A stretch of DNA of 63,802 nucleotides, counting the filler, from Chiloscyllium plagiosum (Eukaryota), in the NCBI RefSeq assembly GCF_004010195.1. It is 5 parts of one record of this genome, joined end to end, with 100 filler letters (N's around TTAATTAATTAA, not from the genome) between each part and the next. Parts side by side here need not be neighbours in the genome. Positions count along the whole stretch, not along the records: positions 42,816 to 56,692 come from NC_057716.1; positions 56,793 to 63,802 come from NC_057716.1; 3 more parts are not named here. The stretch is one strand, 5' to 3'. Below are positions 49,601 through 61,021 of this stretch, piece after piece. The stretch's first letter is position 1. Each line of letters opens with the position of its first letter. The position numbers were made by a program, and so were the translations under genes. The notes beneath the pieces were generated by a model. It did no database searches, was not told the DNA's origin, and was given only the letters and a program-made list of their open reading frames with translations.

Positions 49601-51868
49601 ATTATGGGGAGTTGTGTTTTTTCGGGGGAGTGGGGATTGGGGGCCTCACAGGCACTTCCCGTGACCAACAGCAGCTCCTCATCCCCTCTGAAAATTACAC
49701 CAGATACCACGCAGAATGCTCCCACGTTGTAGGCACCCTCTTGTCCTCAGGCAATTAGACGAGAGCCAGAATGATCAAAACCAATGGACAAAACAGATAG
49801 CAGCTTGACGTCACTTCAGCTGTCAGTGCAGAGGTACAACAACATCATAACACCCGCATTTGTTAAGAAGGTCACATTGAAGACCTTAGATTTCACAAGA
49901 ACCTACTTTGTTATTACATGTCATCGTGGTGTGTCGCCATTTTCAATTAATTCTGGTGGGATGTAAGACAAGTCGATACCGTCAATTTTGCACCCCTCTG
50001 GCAGCAGGGAGTCAGTGAACTGTCTACAGAAAGGGGCCATTGACAACAGTGCAAGTAAGGGTCGAGAAGAGCACAGGCAGGTGAATTGGAGCATTCCCAA
50101 GAGCATCAGGAGCTTACTTGGTCAGAGGGTTCAGGGCTGTGTGAAATTACTGCCCGCAGCATGGAATAATGTACGTCAGGGTTCTCTAATGTGAGACCCT
50201 CAGAGGAACAGTGGATACTGGCATTCAATTTACATAAGGTCTGCCGGCTCAGGAGGGCGACTGGGCAAGAGTCTGAAATAATGGCAGCATCAGTCGCAGT
50301 GGCAGGTTCAATACTGGAGTTAATGGGTTAGGAGAATGGCTCTGTTATGCGTACTCCTGAAAACCCGACAGTGCAGAGGGTCTTGCAACTCAGGTAATTT
50401 TTCGAGTTGGGAGCCGTAGACGGTTGGATAGACCCAGAATCCACCATAATATAAATGAGCAGCTCACCATCTCCACATCCATTATTGGATTTTCAGACGG
50501 GGCGTTTGAGAGACATATTGAGATCGCCTGTGAAAACACCCACTCACGATAGCTGTCGTTAGTTTTTGGAGCACGGGGGAAAGGATCTGGCACAGTGTAG
50601 GCAGCCTGTTGAAACTGCCTCTGTTGTGTGGTGGACTGCTGTCGTGCCTGAGGGGAGAGAGAGAGAGGGTAGATGGCCCTGGGCGACATTGCATGGACCA
50701 GCACTGTCTCACTCAGTGTTCCAATTTCCCACTGTTCCAGCACTGCCTCCTTTGAATTGCCCGAGCTTGCTTTACTGGCCTAGTGGTGTCCCTGTGGTTG
50801 TCGGGTTGCGCGAGGCAGTCCGTTTTGGTGTAGTAAACAGCCCATTCTCGTCCAGGTTACCACGTTAAATTAAAGTGTCCGTCCAGCTCGTCGTTTGATT
50901 GTGCAACGTGAAAACGTGAGCATAAGTAAGGTCTGCACGGCAAGCTTTTCGTGCTCTGTTAATGGAATGCCCCACGAGGAGTACCCGACCTCCCTAAAGC
51001 GGACAATTACATCGAGCAAGTGCTTAGCTGCTCTGCAGACACTGGATAACAGCCCAGATTCGGTGTGCACTCTTGCACTGGCCGTTATTGCATCCTTCAC
51101 GGTGCTGTCCAGCCATTTTTTCCCAGTCTGAAGCGGAGTCCCAGGGTTGGTTGGGGATGTCAATAACAGGGTTAATGGTCACCCAGTGGGTTATATGCAC
51201 AAGCTGTAATATGGTCTGCACATTTTGGGACAGACAGTTGTACATACAGGAAATTTCGAGGACCCAATTGTAGAACGGGAGCAGTCAATTCAACGGGTCT
51301 GGGTCATCTTGTCGCATAGCCCAGACCTCTGCGTGGATACAGGTCTTATACAGGAGAGTGGACCCATTCATGATGCGAGGAAACTGACAGTTGGTGCCCT
51401 GTTAATTTCGGCAAGCACTCGGGCTTCTTGTGAGTTTGGAGTTATCATTTGTTTTGGCCAGCAGTGGTAATTCATACTGCCCGCCGGTAATGAGTCCCAT
51501 CGCGGTCATGCTATGTAATGCATGGCAAAAAAAAATGAGCCACTTCATTCATGCCCAACGGGTCTGGCTTTGAAGACAGTATGGGAAATTTCGGGTACTG
51601 CAGGGCATAGGGTGGTGTGGCCGAATCTGGAATTATTGAGGTCTCAGTGTCGGTTGTTATTGCAGCAGCCTTTCGCCTTCGCGGCCTAATACTGTTGGGC
51701 AACCAGTCGAAACTGTGCAAGACACTTCAGCATATATAGAGGGTCACAGGAAGGATCATTGTGCCCTCCCATAATGGCCATGGTCCAATAATCAAGATTA
51801 TCAAATATAAAGGACCCCCCGATATGGCCAATTTCCTTGTGGCCATGCATAAAAGTCTCCTGTAAAGT

Positions 51869-52483
51869 GGAGAAAGTGAGGACTGCCGATGCTGGAGATC
51901 AGAGCAGAAAAAGTGTTGCTGTTAAAGAGCAGCAGGTTGGCAGCATCCAAAGCGGACAGGCCGCTTACTTGTGGAACATTTCAGAGGTCACCTCTGGGAC
52001 ACCCGGACCAACCAACCCAAACACCCTGTGGCTCAACACTTCAACTCGCCCTTCCACTCCACCAAGGACATGCAGGTCCTTGGACTCCTGCATCGCCAGA
52101 CCATAGCAACATGACAGCTGGAGGAAGAGCGCCTCATCTTCCGCCTAGAAACCCTCCAACCACAAGGGATGAACTTAGATTTCTCCAGTTTCCTCATTTC
52201 CCCTCCTTCCTCCTTGTCTCAGTCCCAACCCTCGAAGTCCGCACCGCCTTCCTAACCTGCAATCTTCTTCCTCACCTCTCCGCTCCCACCCCCACTCTGG
52301 CCTATCACCCTCACCTTAACCTTCTTCCACCTATCGCATTTACAACACCCCTCCCCCAAGTTACTTCTCCCTACCTTTTATGTTAGCCTGCAGGGACACT
52401 TTCCTCATTCCTGAAGAAGGGCTCATGCCCGAAACGTCGATTCGCCTGCTCCTTGGATGCTGCCTGACCTGCTGCGCTTTTCC
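51869..52483 (+). mobile_element. Penelope-like element 3' part with inverted terminal copy; hammerhead-like motif at 52406-52443
   Basis: PVAQHFNSP...QLEEERLIFRLETLQPQGMNLDF is the GIY-YIG C-terminus. Motif cattc ctgaaga a gggc tcat gccc gaaac gtc gattc. Confidence 0.85.
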
Positions 52484-52597
52484 TGTAAGTGGGTAAAGTA
52501 ACCGCCATCCCGTGTCTCTTTCAGCACAGTGTCTGCCAGTGAACCAGGTATAACAAGAGAATCTCATATCTTTATTTTGAAGTTCACGCATTTACAG

Positions 52598-52897
52598 GGC
52601 GGCGTGGTTGTCACTGCTACCTCACAGTGCCAGGGTCCCAGGTTCGATTTCAGCCTTGGGCGACTGTCTGTGTGCAGTTTGCACATTCTCCCCATGTCTG
52701 CCTGGGACTCCTCTCCGTGCTCCGGTTTCCTCACACAATCACAAAGATGTGCACGTCAGGTGAAATGGCCGTGCTAAATTGCCCATGGTGTCAGGTGCAT
52801 TAGTGGGAGGGAAATGGCTCTACACGGCTTACTCTTCTGAGGTCGGTGTGGACTGGTTGGGCCGACGGGCCTGTTTCTACATTGTAGGGTATCTAAA
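52598..52897 (+). mobile_element. HE1-like V-SINE
   Basis: Same head, V-domain and tail as 32741-33030. Confidence 0.9.
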
Positions 52898-53569
52898 CTT
52901 ACATGCCTCCTCAATATCGTCTTGGACAATTTCGGTCCTGGGCAGTTTTCACCACATAGTTGGGGTTGCCCAGCTAGCACATCCCAGCATTGGGTGGAAT
53001 TCCCTGCCCCCATGGTGTACTGGACTTCCTGCGTTGACTGCTACGCATTGCACTTCAGCTTTCGAGGAACGACAGAGGGAGTACTCACAGAACACAGAAG
53101 CAGTGAGTGATTGACAGATCAAGCAATAAAGGATTACTGAACGCACAATCGCTGACTGCACTGTAAACAAACACTTGTCTGATGGATAACCACACTTAGA
53201 CGAGACACCTGAAACTGACAAGACACGCAGTCAGCAACCGCAAAACAAACAGACACATCCAACGCAAATGATCAGAAACCACAAGTGAACTGGTGGAGCC
53301 CCTGTCAATTTCCTTCGAGCTGAGGAATCTCATAGGATTGATACGAAAAGTTTTATCAGCAGTCTCTCATTCTATTTTGCCAGGCTTCCCTTGCCCGTCT
53401 GACTCTCCCCTGGCTGGATCCAGATTACGGCACAAACTCTGGACGTGATTAATACAATCTGGACTCAATCAAGCATCCGACAGCATTAATCAGTTCTAGA
53501 ATGGGATCAGGGAGTTCCAGTTCTCTTCGTGGATATTTGAGAATATCCCTTTCCTTGGCTGTAAGGTGA

Positions 53570-53870
53570 TACCATTGTTGCTCTCCATAGGTGAGCAAGG
53601 TATTCTGGTGCATCCCTGGCTGACCTGAGCTTCATGTGGCTTTGATATCACTGGGGTACTAGATTACACTTCAGCCTTTGGGACAGCTGTGTTTATCGGG
53701 TCGAGGAAGCTTATTGGTAGTTTGTCTTGGGAAGTGTATTCCCTGGTTTGTGAATGACTGTGGCCATGTATGGTATCCCTTGTCAGCCTGTTGTGTCAAT
53801 GCTGAGGCATTTTGGGTGTTCCTTGTAAGGCTTGAACAGGCTTAATTTTCTGTGTTCTTATTGGCCATGC
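53570..53870 (-). mobile_element. Possible Penelope-like endonuclease fragment
   Basis: Reverse strand resembles the PLE GIY-YIG C-terminal region (..HSQTREYTSQDKLPISF..). Heavily decayed. Confidence 0.4.
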
Positions 53871-53989
53871 TGTCTGTAGGCAGGTTTGCAAGTCATTTCC
53901 CATACTGTTGAAAAATAAACTTGAAGATCTTCAAAGGTTTTAAATTCAAAATCTTAATTCAACATCAACCTGTTCACATGGGGACAAGC

Positions 53990-54860
53990 CACTCAGCTGT
54001 TCCATGGACGGGAAGGTATTCACTCGGGGATCAATTCTAATGGCACGCAAACGACTTCAACAAAGGGAGAGAAAATATGTCTGCTCTGTTTGGTAAGTGA
54101 TTATCTTCACAACCCCGCCGAATGTCACCCAATCGACATGACACAGGAAAGACACCATTCTTCTGCACTGTGTATGAAAAGGAATTTATTAAATCAGCAA
54201 AGCTTTAGATAAAGAAGAATGGGCACACTGTAGAGAGGCCTGCACTGAGTGTGGAAAGAGATTCACCCGGTCATCTCTATTCAGTGAGCACGAGCACATT
54301 CACACGAGCGATAAACATTTACTTGCTCCTTGCCTGGGATGTGATTCACTCGTGTCTCCAATCTCAGCAGATATAGACTTGTTCCCAGAAATGAGAGAAA
54401 GTTTTAATGGTCTGAATTTGAAAAGTGCTTAAGGAGTAGCAATGATGTGATGGAACACCAGAAAACACATGAGAATCCATGCAGTGCAACAACAGGCCCT
54501 TCGGCCCATCAAGTCCACACAATCCATCCAAAGAACACTCAAACCCATTACCCTCCCTTATATTTACCCCAACTATTAACCTACGGTATGGGTAATATAT
54601 CATGTCCAATTCACCTAACAGGCGTACCGTTTTGTCTTGTGGGATGAAATTTGAGGACCTGGAGGAAACTCACGCAGACATGTGGAGAACGTGCAAGCTC
54701 CACACAGAGAGGCCTCCGAGGCTGGAATCGACGCCAGCCCCTCGTGCTCTGAGGCAGCAGTGCTAAACACTGAGCCACCGTGCGTGGAGAGGCAGTTAAT
54801 TTGCACCGCAGGTAGCAAGGGATTCAATTACTCATTCGCACGCGTGACAGCCCATTCAGG
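53990..54860 (+). pseudogene. Decayed C2H2 zinc-finger array
   Basis: CTECGKRFTRSS...HEHIHTSDK; F.WSEFEKCL.SSN..MEHQKTH; GERQLICTAGSKGFNYS. Stops, frameshifts and a SINE insertion. Confidence 0.8.
54471..54783 (-). mobile_element. HE1-like V-SINE inserted in a zinc-finger linker
   Basis: ggaggaaactcacgcagacatgtggagaacgtgcaagctccacaca...ctgaggcagcagtgctaaacactgagccaccgtgc. Confidence 0.85.
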
Positions 54861-55454
54861 TGGAATCTGTTTCGCTCAGCTGTCTGCTTTGTTGGCTTAT
54901 AAAGCAGTGTGATGCTCGCAGTGTGGTTCCAATTCCTATCACTGTTTGAGGTTAAATTAAAGGTTGTTCATCACTAAATATTCTCTGACCTGTGGGCAGG
55001 TGGTGTTCTGGTTAAATCACCAACAGCCCCTTCTTTCTCAAATGAAGGCAGCAGCCTCTGAGGTCTGGTAAGATGGTAATAGTGCAAACAATCCAGTGAA
55101 GTCGCATGTCAATGCGATAGGGTGTTATTGCATCGAGAATTGAACTGTGTTCATTCTGTCAGTAGGGGTTTACTTCATTGGATGTGTTTAATCTCTTTAA
55201 TTGATCTGGTGTTTAATTGTTCAGTTTTCAATCACATCAAATTCAAAGACTTTTTCCCCTGTTTTCGGTACAATTAGAGGAGACTGGTAGATATNNNNNN
55301 NNNNNNNNNNNNNNNNNNNNNNNNNNNNNNNNNNNNNNNNNNNNNNNNNNNNNNNNNNNNNNNNNNNNNNNNNNNNNNNNNNNNNNNNNNNNNNNNNNNN
55401 NNNNNNNNNNNNNNNNNNNNNNNNNNNNNNNNNNNNNNNNNNNNNNNNAACAAA

Positions 55455-56100
55455 TTATTGTCACAGTGAACCCGTTGGTGTATCAGGAGGATGGATGGCT
55501 GAAGTGCATCCTTTCTCCAGTTCAGAACATATGAATGGCCTCTCGCCAATATGAATTCGCTCGTCTTTCAGTATGTTTGAGAAATGTAAGAGCAGGTGAA
55601 TGGTCTCTTTCCAGTGTGAACTCTTTTGTATTTCAGCAGATTGCCTGAATCAATTAATTACTTCAAATCAGAGCGGACGAAAGATCTCTACGCTGTGTGA
55701 ACTCACTGGTGTGTCAGCAGACTGAATGACTGAATGAATCCTTTCCCATTCTTCGAACAGGCGAACGGTCTCTGTCTACTGGGTTCGCAGATGTAAAGTG
55801 AGATCAAATGACGGCCTGAACCCACTCCCTCTGTGAGAACACTTGAATGGTTTCTCATCAACGTGAACACATTGATGGTACAGCAGTTAGTCAAAACTTT
55901 TAAAGCGTTTTCCATACTCTGGACAATTAAATGGGTTCTTCTCCGTGTGAACCCACTGGTGAGTCAGCGAGTTAGAAAACTGAGTAACTCCCTTTCCACA
56001 CTCAGAACAGTTGAATGGTATTTCCCCGGTGTGCTGGCACTGATGAATTTTCAGGGCAGACAAGTAATTGAATGGTCACCACATTACCGCAGTTTCTCTC
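55455..56100 (-). pseudogene. Decayed C2H2 zinc-finger array
   Basis: The - strand reads HQCQHTGEIPFNCSECGKGVTQFSNSLTHQWVHTEKNPFNCPEYGKRFK...PFACSKNGKGFIQSFSLLTHQ*VHT. In-frame stops. Confidence 0.88.
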
Positions 56101-56799
56101 CAGCGCCCCTCCAATTATGTCTCGATAGTTCAGACAGTGAATGCTTTCACTCCACTGTGAATGCAACTTTCTGCTTTCATTTTCAAAGGCCGGTGAGGTT
56201 CAGCCTACATGGAACAAAGCAACTCCATCAAATTCTGATGTGATGCTTCGTTTCAGTTACCCAAATGCAAATCCTCATCATTGATACCCGTCAAATAAAT
56301 CCAGAAATATTTCAGTAAGAGAGAACTCCTTAGAACACCAAAGCATATGATTTTCATTCTTCGTCGGATGTGGGTATTTCAGAACAGGTCAGCATTTATT
56401 GTTAATTTATGATTTGACTGGACAAGGTGATGATGAGCTGCCTTCTTGAACCATCGTTTCCGTGTGCTGTCGGTAGACCCAAATTATCGGGGAGTGAAAT
56501 TCATAATTTTGACACAGTGATTCTGGAGGAACGGCAATATATTTCCAGAGCAGGATGGTAAGTGGGTTGTAGATCTTTCCTATCTATCTACTACCCTGTT
56601 CCTTTTAGATGGATGTAGTTGTGAGTTTGTAATGTACTGTTTAAGGACCCTTGGTGAATATCTGCAGTGCATCTTATGGATCGTGCAGACTGNNNNNNNN
56701 NNNNNNNNNNNNNNNNNNNNNNNNNNNNNNNNNNNNTTAATTAATTAANNNNNNNNNNNNNNNNNNNNNNNNNNNNNNNNNNNNNNNNNNNNGAATAGG

Positions 56800-56990
56800 T
56801 GAGGTGGGAGAAGACGAGGAGAGAAGGAGCGGGCGAGAAGGTGCGGGAGAAGGCGAGGGGGTAGAAGGTGAGGGGAGAGAAGACGAGGGGGATAGAAGGC
56901 AAGGGTGGAGAGGGCGGGGAGAAGGCGAGGGGAGAGAATGTGTTAGGCAGAAGGCAGGGTGTGAAGGCGCTGGGGGAGAAGGCTGGAGAA
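56800..56990 (+). repeat. Purine-rich minisatellite (~14-bp gaaggcgaggggga-like unit)
   Basis: Directly visible repeats of gaagg[ct]gagggg. Confidence 0.85.
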
Positions 56991-57019
56991 AATTCGAAGT
57001 CAGGTTTGCAGATGGGAAA

Positions 57020-57099
57020 TGGAAATGTGTTGCTGGAAAAGCGCAGCAGGTCAGGCAGCATCTAGGGAACAGGAGAATCGACGTTTCGGGCATTAGCCC
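57020..57099 (-). mobile_element. 80-bp Penelope-like terminus insertion with 15-bp TSD
   Basis: Flanked by tttgcagatgggaaa (57005-57019 and 57100-57114). A single, empty site exists in the paralogue at ~59426. Confidence 0.9.
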
Positions 57100-57171
57100 T
57101 TTGCAGATGGGAAAGCAAGAAAGAAATTTCTGTTCTCGTCCATGTAAAAGGCTGCACTTGGAGAACAAGAT

Positions 57172-57244
57172 AGTTTTGGCCAAGATTCAAACTGGCGACT
57201 GTTCACGTATAAGGCCAGCGCGATCACCACGACACTTCAGAAAC
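57172..57244 (-). pseudogene. tRNA-Val pseudogene (decayed paralogue of 59498-59570)
   Basis: Ungapped alignment to the 59.5-kb copy with 17 mismatches in 72 nt. Confidence 0.8.
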
Positions 57245-59497
57245 AAGCCCGGAGCAGTGCTGCTGCAGCTGAGTTGCGTTTCGCACTACAATTTGCAGCC
57301 ATTCTGCACTTTACCTTTCTGCTTCCAATAGCTCGTTGTTATCCAGCGAAATTGATATCTCGAAAAAGTGAAAAAAACGTGAAATTGATGACAAAATATA
57401 GACATGGATGTTTGGACCATAGGGTGAGGTGGAATAGGCTGGGACAACTTTCCCTTCAGCTCAACGGCTGCGACATGAAGGGTTGTAAACTGAGTAGTTA
57501 CATGTTTTATTCAAGTTGGAGCGAGTTGCAAACTCGAGGGCATAGGTTTAAGGTGAGTGGGCTGAAGTTGACAAAGCACCTGAGGCACATTTCCCACACA
57601 GAAGGTTGTGCGTGTATGGAATGAGCGACGGAAGGGAGTGGAGTAGGCTAGTACACTCAGAAAATTGCAAAGGTAACCTTATGAGTGTCTCGATAGGAAG
57701 GGTTTAGAGGGATTGGGGCAAATTGTTGGAAATGGGATTTTGTTTAATTATGGCTATGTGGTCAGCATGGACGGGATACACCAAAGTCACTGTTTCCACG
57801 CTGTGTGCCCCAATAATGTTGTGTTGCTTACACCGGCTTTAAACAATTACTTTTCAGCGGAGCTGGCCGTCGCAGTCTGTTGGAAAACCGTTTAGTCTGT
57901 TCGACTGCTCACAGGAAAGGTAGTATTGTGAAATACTACAGAAACGATCGACTTCCTCACTTTTGACCCGACTGACTATACTCCGTGAAATATTCCCAGA
58001 TCCTCAGCTGAGGATTTTTGCTGCTGGAAGTTACCTCAGAAACCCTGTTAACTCGTAATGAATTGAGCGAATCACAAAACAGAAAGCATTTATCACGGCA
58101 CACAAACAAAACTGGCAAACCAAATGTATTTTCAGACACAGAGAAGCATGAATGCTAAATGTGAGACATACCGAGGGCACGAGCTACACCTTTCACGTTT
58201 ACACGGAACACGAAACACACCGGACTACAGGGAAAATGCACAAAGCTGAGCAGGCTGTGTTCCACATCATACCGTGCAGCATCGTTTCAATGTGTCTGTT
58301 TTGCAGAATAAGAGTCCCAAAGAATGTTCTCCACCCGAAAACCGGAGGTAGCATTACATTCCGAGAACTACAGATCACATTGTGAGGATGCTCTGACCTC
58401 GGAGCCAGTTAGGGATGTCACTTTCCTTGCCTTTTGCCTTAACCGTTCAATTTGCTGCAGAGATGTTCACACCTGGACATGAGCCACATGGATACCAACT
58501 GTGTTGGAAACCTGTGTGAGAATCGACGACAAGCGACTCAATACATTTTGCTGAATTCCATGGTGCTTTTTAGAATTGCTATCTCTGTTCACCTCAATCT
58601 AAAAGTAGTTTCTGAACATAGTAACAGAAGTCAAAAGGTAATTAGCTCACCCCACCTCCACTCCGGAAGAGGTGCTAACTGCCCTTGAGTGCTTTTTGTT
58701 CTCGATGTGAAGAGCTCTCACACCTGAGTCACCTTCACGTCTCTGGTTGCTGAGTGAATCACAAAGAAGGAATTTCACCAGAGCTGCAACTGCCTCACTT
58801 CCCCATTCGCCCTCCCCGTTTACATTTTCCTGCTCGTCAGTGATTTAAAGAAAACCAAATGGATGCGATGTCATTCTGTAGCCTCGCTGTCGATACCTCC
58901 GTTTCAGTTCCAACGTGGCTTAGATCTCGGGGCGCACCTTAATACTAGCGACGCTATGAAATCACAAGTCCAGCGGTTCCTCTGAAAGTGTAATTTCTTT
59001 CATTGCTGTTGCTGGTTGAATGAGCCACTAACGTGCGACTTGCTCCAAAACATGATTCAGGACCTCTGGTGCCAATTCTCGCACGTTGAATAACGACAGA
59101 CAGCTTCCAAATGAGGGCTTTCAGAGACGACTTTGGGCTACATTTGACAGACAGACTAGTTCAGGAATTCGTGGTGCGCTGTGACACCAGCGCATCAGCT
59201 TCTTTCCTGTCTTTGAACCGGGCCGCCTGCGCAAGGAATGCAAATGCGGTACTGCTTTTCGTGGAAGGATCAGAAGGTAGAAACTACACTCTCAAACAGA
59301 GTGGCATATGATCAGAACCAGGTTGGAGAAAAACTTTACAATGCTTTGAACAGTAATTAAATGGAATTGCATTACATTACATTTCACTACGAGAGCAGAT
59401 TTGTTCAAGCAAATTCGAAGGCAGGTTTGCAGATGGGAAAGCAAGCAAGAAAGCTCAGTTCTTGTCCATGGAAAAGGCAGCAGCTGAAGAACAAAGC

Positions 59498-59570
59498 AGT
59501 TTCTGCCCAGTTTCGAACTGGGGACCTTTCGCGTGTTAGGCGAGCGTGATGACCACTACACGACAGAAAC
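59498..59570 (-). tRNA. tRNA-Val(AAC), near-intact
   Basis: GTTTCTG TC GTGTAGTGGTCATCAC G CTCGC CT AAC AC GCGAA AGGTC CCCAG TTCGAAA CTGGG CAGAAAC T. Perfect acceptor and T stems; atypical C9 and T73. Confidence 0.85.
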
Positions 59571-60939
59571 ACGCCGCAGGCGCCCGTCCTGCAGCTCAGT
59601 GGCATCCAGCACTGAAAGTTGAAGCCATTCAACGTTTCTGTTTCCAATAGCTCGTTGTTGTCCAGCGGAATTGACATCTTGAACACGTAAACAAAAGACA
59701 CGTGAAATTGATGACAAAATATAGACAAAGATGTCGTCAATGTTTGGGACGACTTTTCCTGCAGCGGAACGGCTGCGACATGATCTGATGGAACGGTTGT
59801 AAACTGAGTATTTATGTGTTTTACCCAAGTTGGGGTGAGTTGAAAACTCGAGAGCATAGGTTTAAGGTGAGTGGGCTAAAATTGACAAAGGACCTGAGGC
59901 ACATTTCCCACACAGAAGGTTGTGCGTGTTTGGAATGATCTACCAGAGGAAGTGGAGGAGGCTATTACTCTCAGAAAATTGCAAAAGTAATCGGATGAAT
60001 TTCTGGATAGGATGGGTTTAGAGGGATTGGGGCCAAATGCTGGGGAACGGGACTTGTTTAATTTTGGCTATGTGGTGAGCATGGATGAGATACACCAAAG
60101 TATTTGTTTCCACGCGGTGTACCCCAATAACGTCGTGTTTCTTACACCGGCTTTAAAGGATAAATTTTTAGCGGAGTTTGCCGTCGAAGTCTGTGGCACA
60201 ATCATTTAGTCTGTTCGACTGCTCACGGGAAAGGTAGTGTTGTGAAACACTGCAAAAACGAACGACTTCCTTACTTTTGCTCCGACTGACCGTACTCTGT
60301 GAAATTTTCCCAGATTCTCAGTTGAGGATTTTTGCTGCTGGAAGTTACCTCAGAAACNNNNNNNNNNNNNNNNNNNNNNNNNNNNNNNNNNNNNNNNNNN
60401 CTCTTTCAAACATACTGAGCCTGAGTGCACCACCACTTCCCAGACAATGCTGAAAATAGAGAAAGAAAGAACATAATAAGAATGGGCCATAAAAAGTGAG
60501 TTTCACCAATCACAGTCTCGATTAGATTACCTTTCCCTCCCGATGTCTCCAGGACGGAGATGAAGGAAATGGGAGAAATTCAATAACATATGACATGGAA
60601 ATTCATTGGAACGATTTTCTCATTGGCCAGAAAACCAAATTACGATGAGCCGAGTCACCGTCGGACTTTGTTTCACAACAGCGATGAAATAACAGTCTCC
60701 ATTCGGTTCCAGTAAAAACTCAACTTGCCTGGAACGTAAAGCAACAGTCGAGCTGTTTGCGATTTTCCGCGCGGGAGGCGAAGACGATCATGACAGCACA
60801 GACACTTCGGAAAAGTCGGCACTTTTGCACACCACAGTTAATTGCCCGGGAATCAAACCCATTTTTCATCTGTTTTGAACAGAAATGCAGCAGAGGTCGA
60901 AACAGCATTTTAACAAGCTGCGTCATTGATCAGCAGAAA

Positions 60940-61021
60940 TGGCAGCAGTGGGATTCGACCCTATGCCTTTGTTGAGACTAGAGCTTAACTCCAGCGCCTT
61001 AGACCGCTCGGCCACACTACC
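60940..61021 (-). tRNA. tRNA-Leu (AAG/TAG-type body, anticodon TAA), probable pseudogene
   Basis: ggtagtgtggccgagcggtctaaggcgctggagtTAAgctctagtctcaacaaaggcatagggtcgaatcccactgctgcca. T54->G in the B box and mismatched T stem. Confidence 0.82.

Larger units (their letters stand above)
50190..53013 (-). mobile_element. Decayed class I (gamma/epsilon-like) endogenous retrovirus gag-pro, interrupted by a PLE and a SINE
   Basis: MGAGNS myristoylation-type start at 53013. Capsid-like LYKT...EVWAM...PDP and DVIVRFREV. Zinc knuckle CWNSGKLEH*VRQC at 50701-50742. Protease MVDSG at 50433-50447 and CPVALLSRQTLCKLNASIHCS at ~50205-50270. Confidence 0.75.
56990..58912 (+). repeat. Direct duplication; matches 59411-60357 and 61375-62102
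   Basis: aaattcgaag.caggtttgcagatgggaaa...gttacctcagaaac, and ctttcacgtttacacggaaca...ccgtttcagttcca, each present twice. Confidence 0.93.

Noticed and set aside
56737..57331. Pro/Ser-rich and Gly/Glu-rich ORFs
   Set aside because: Translation of a purine-rich minisatellite plus a PLE terminus and a tRNA relic.
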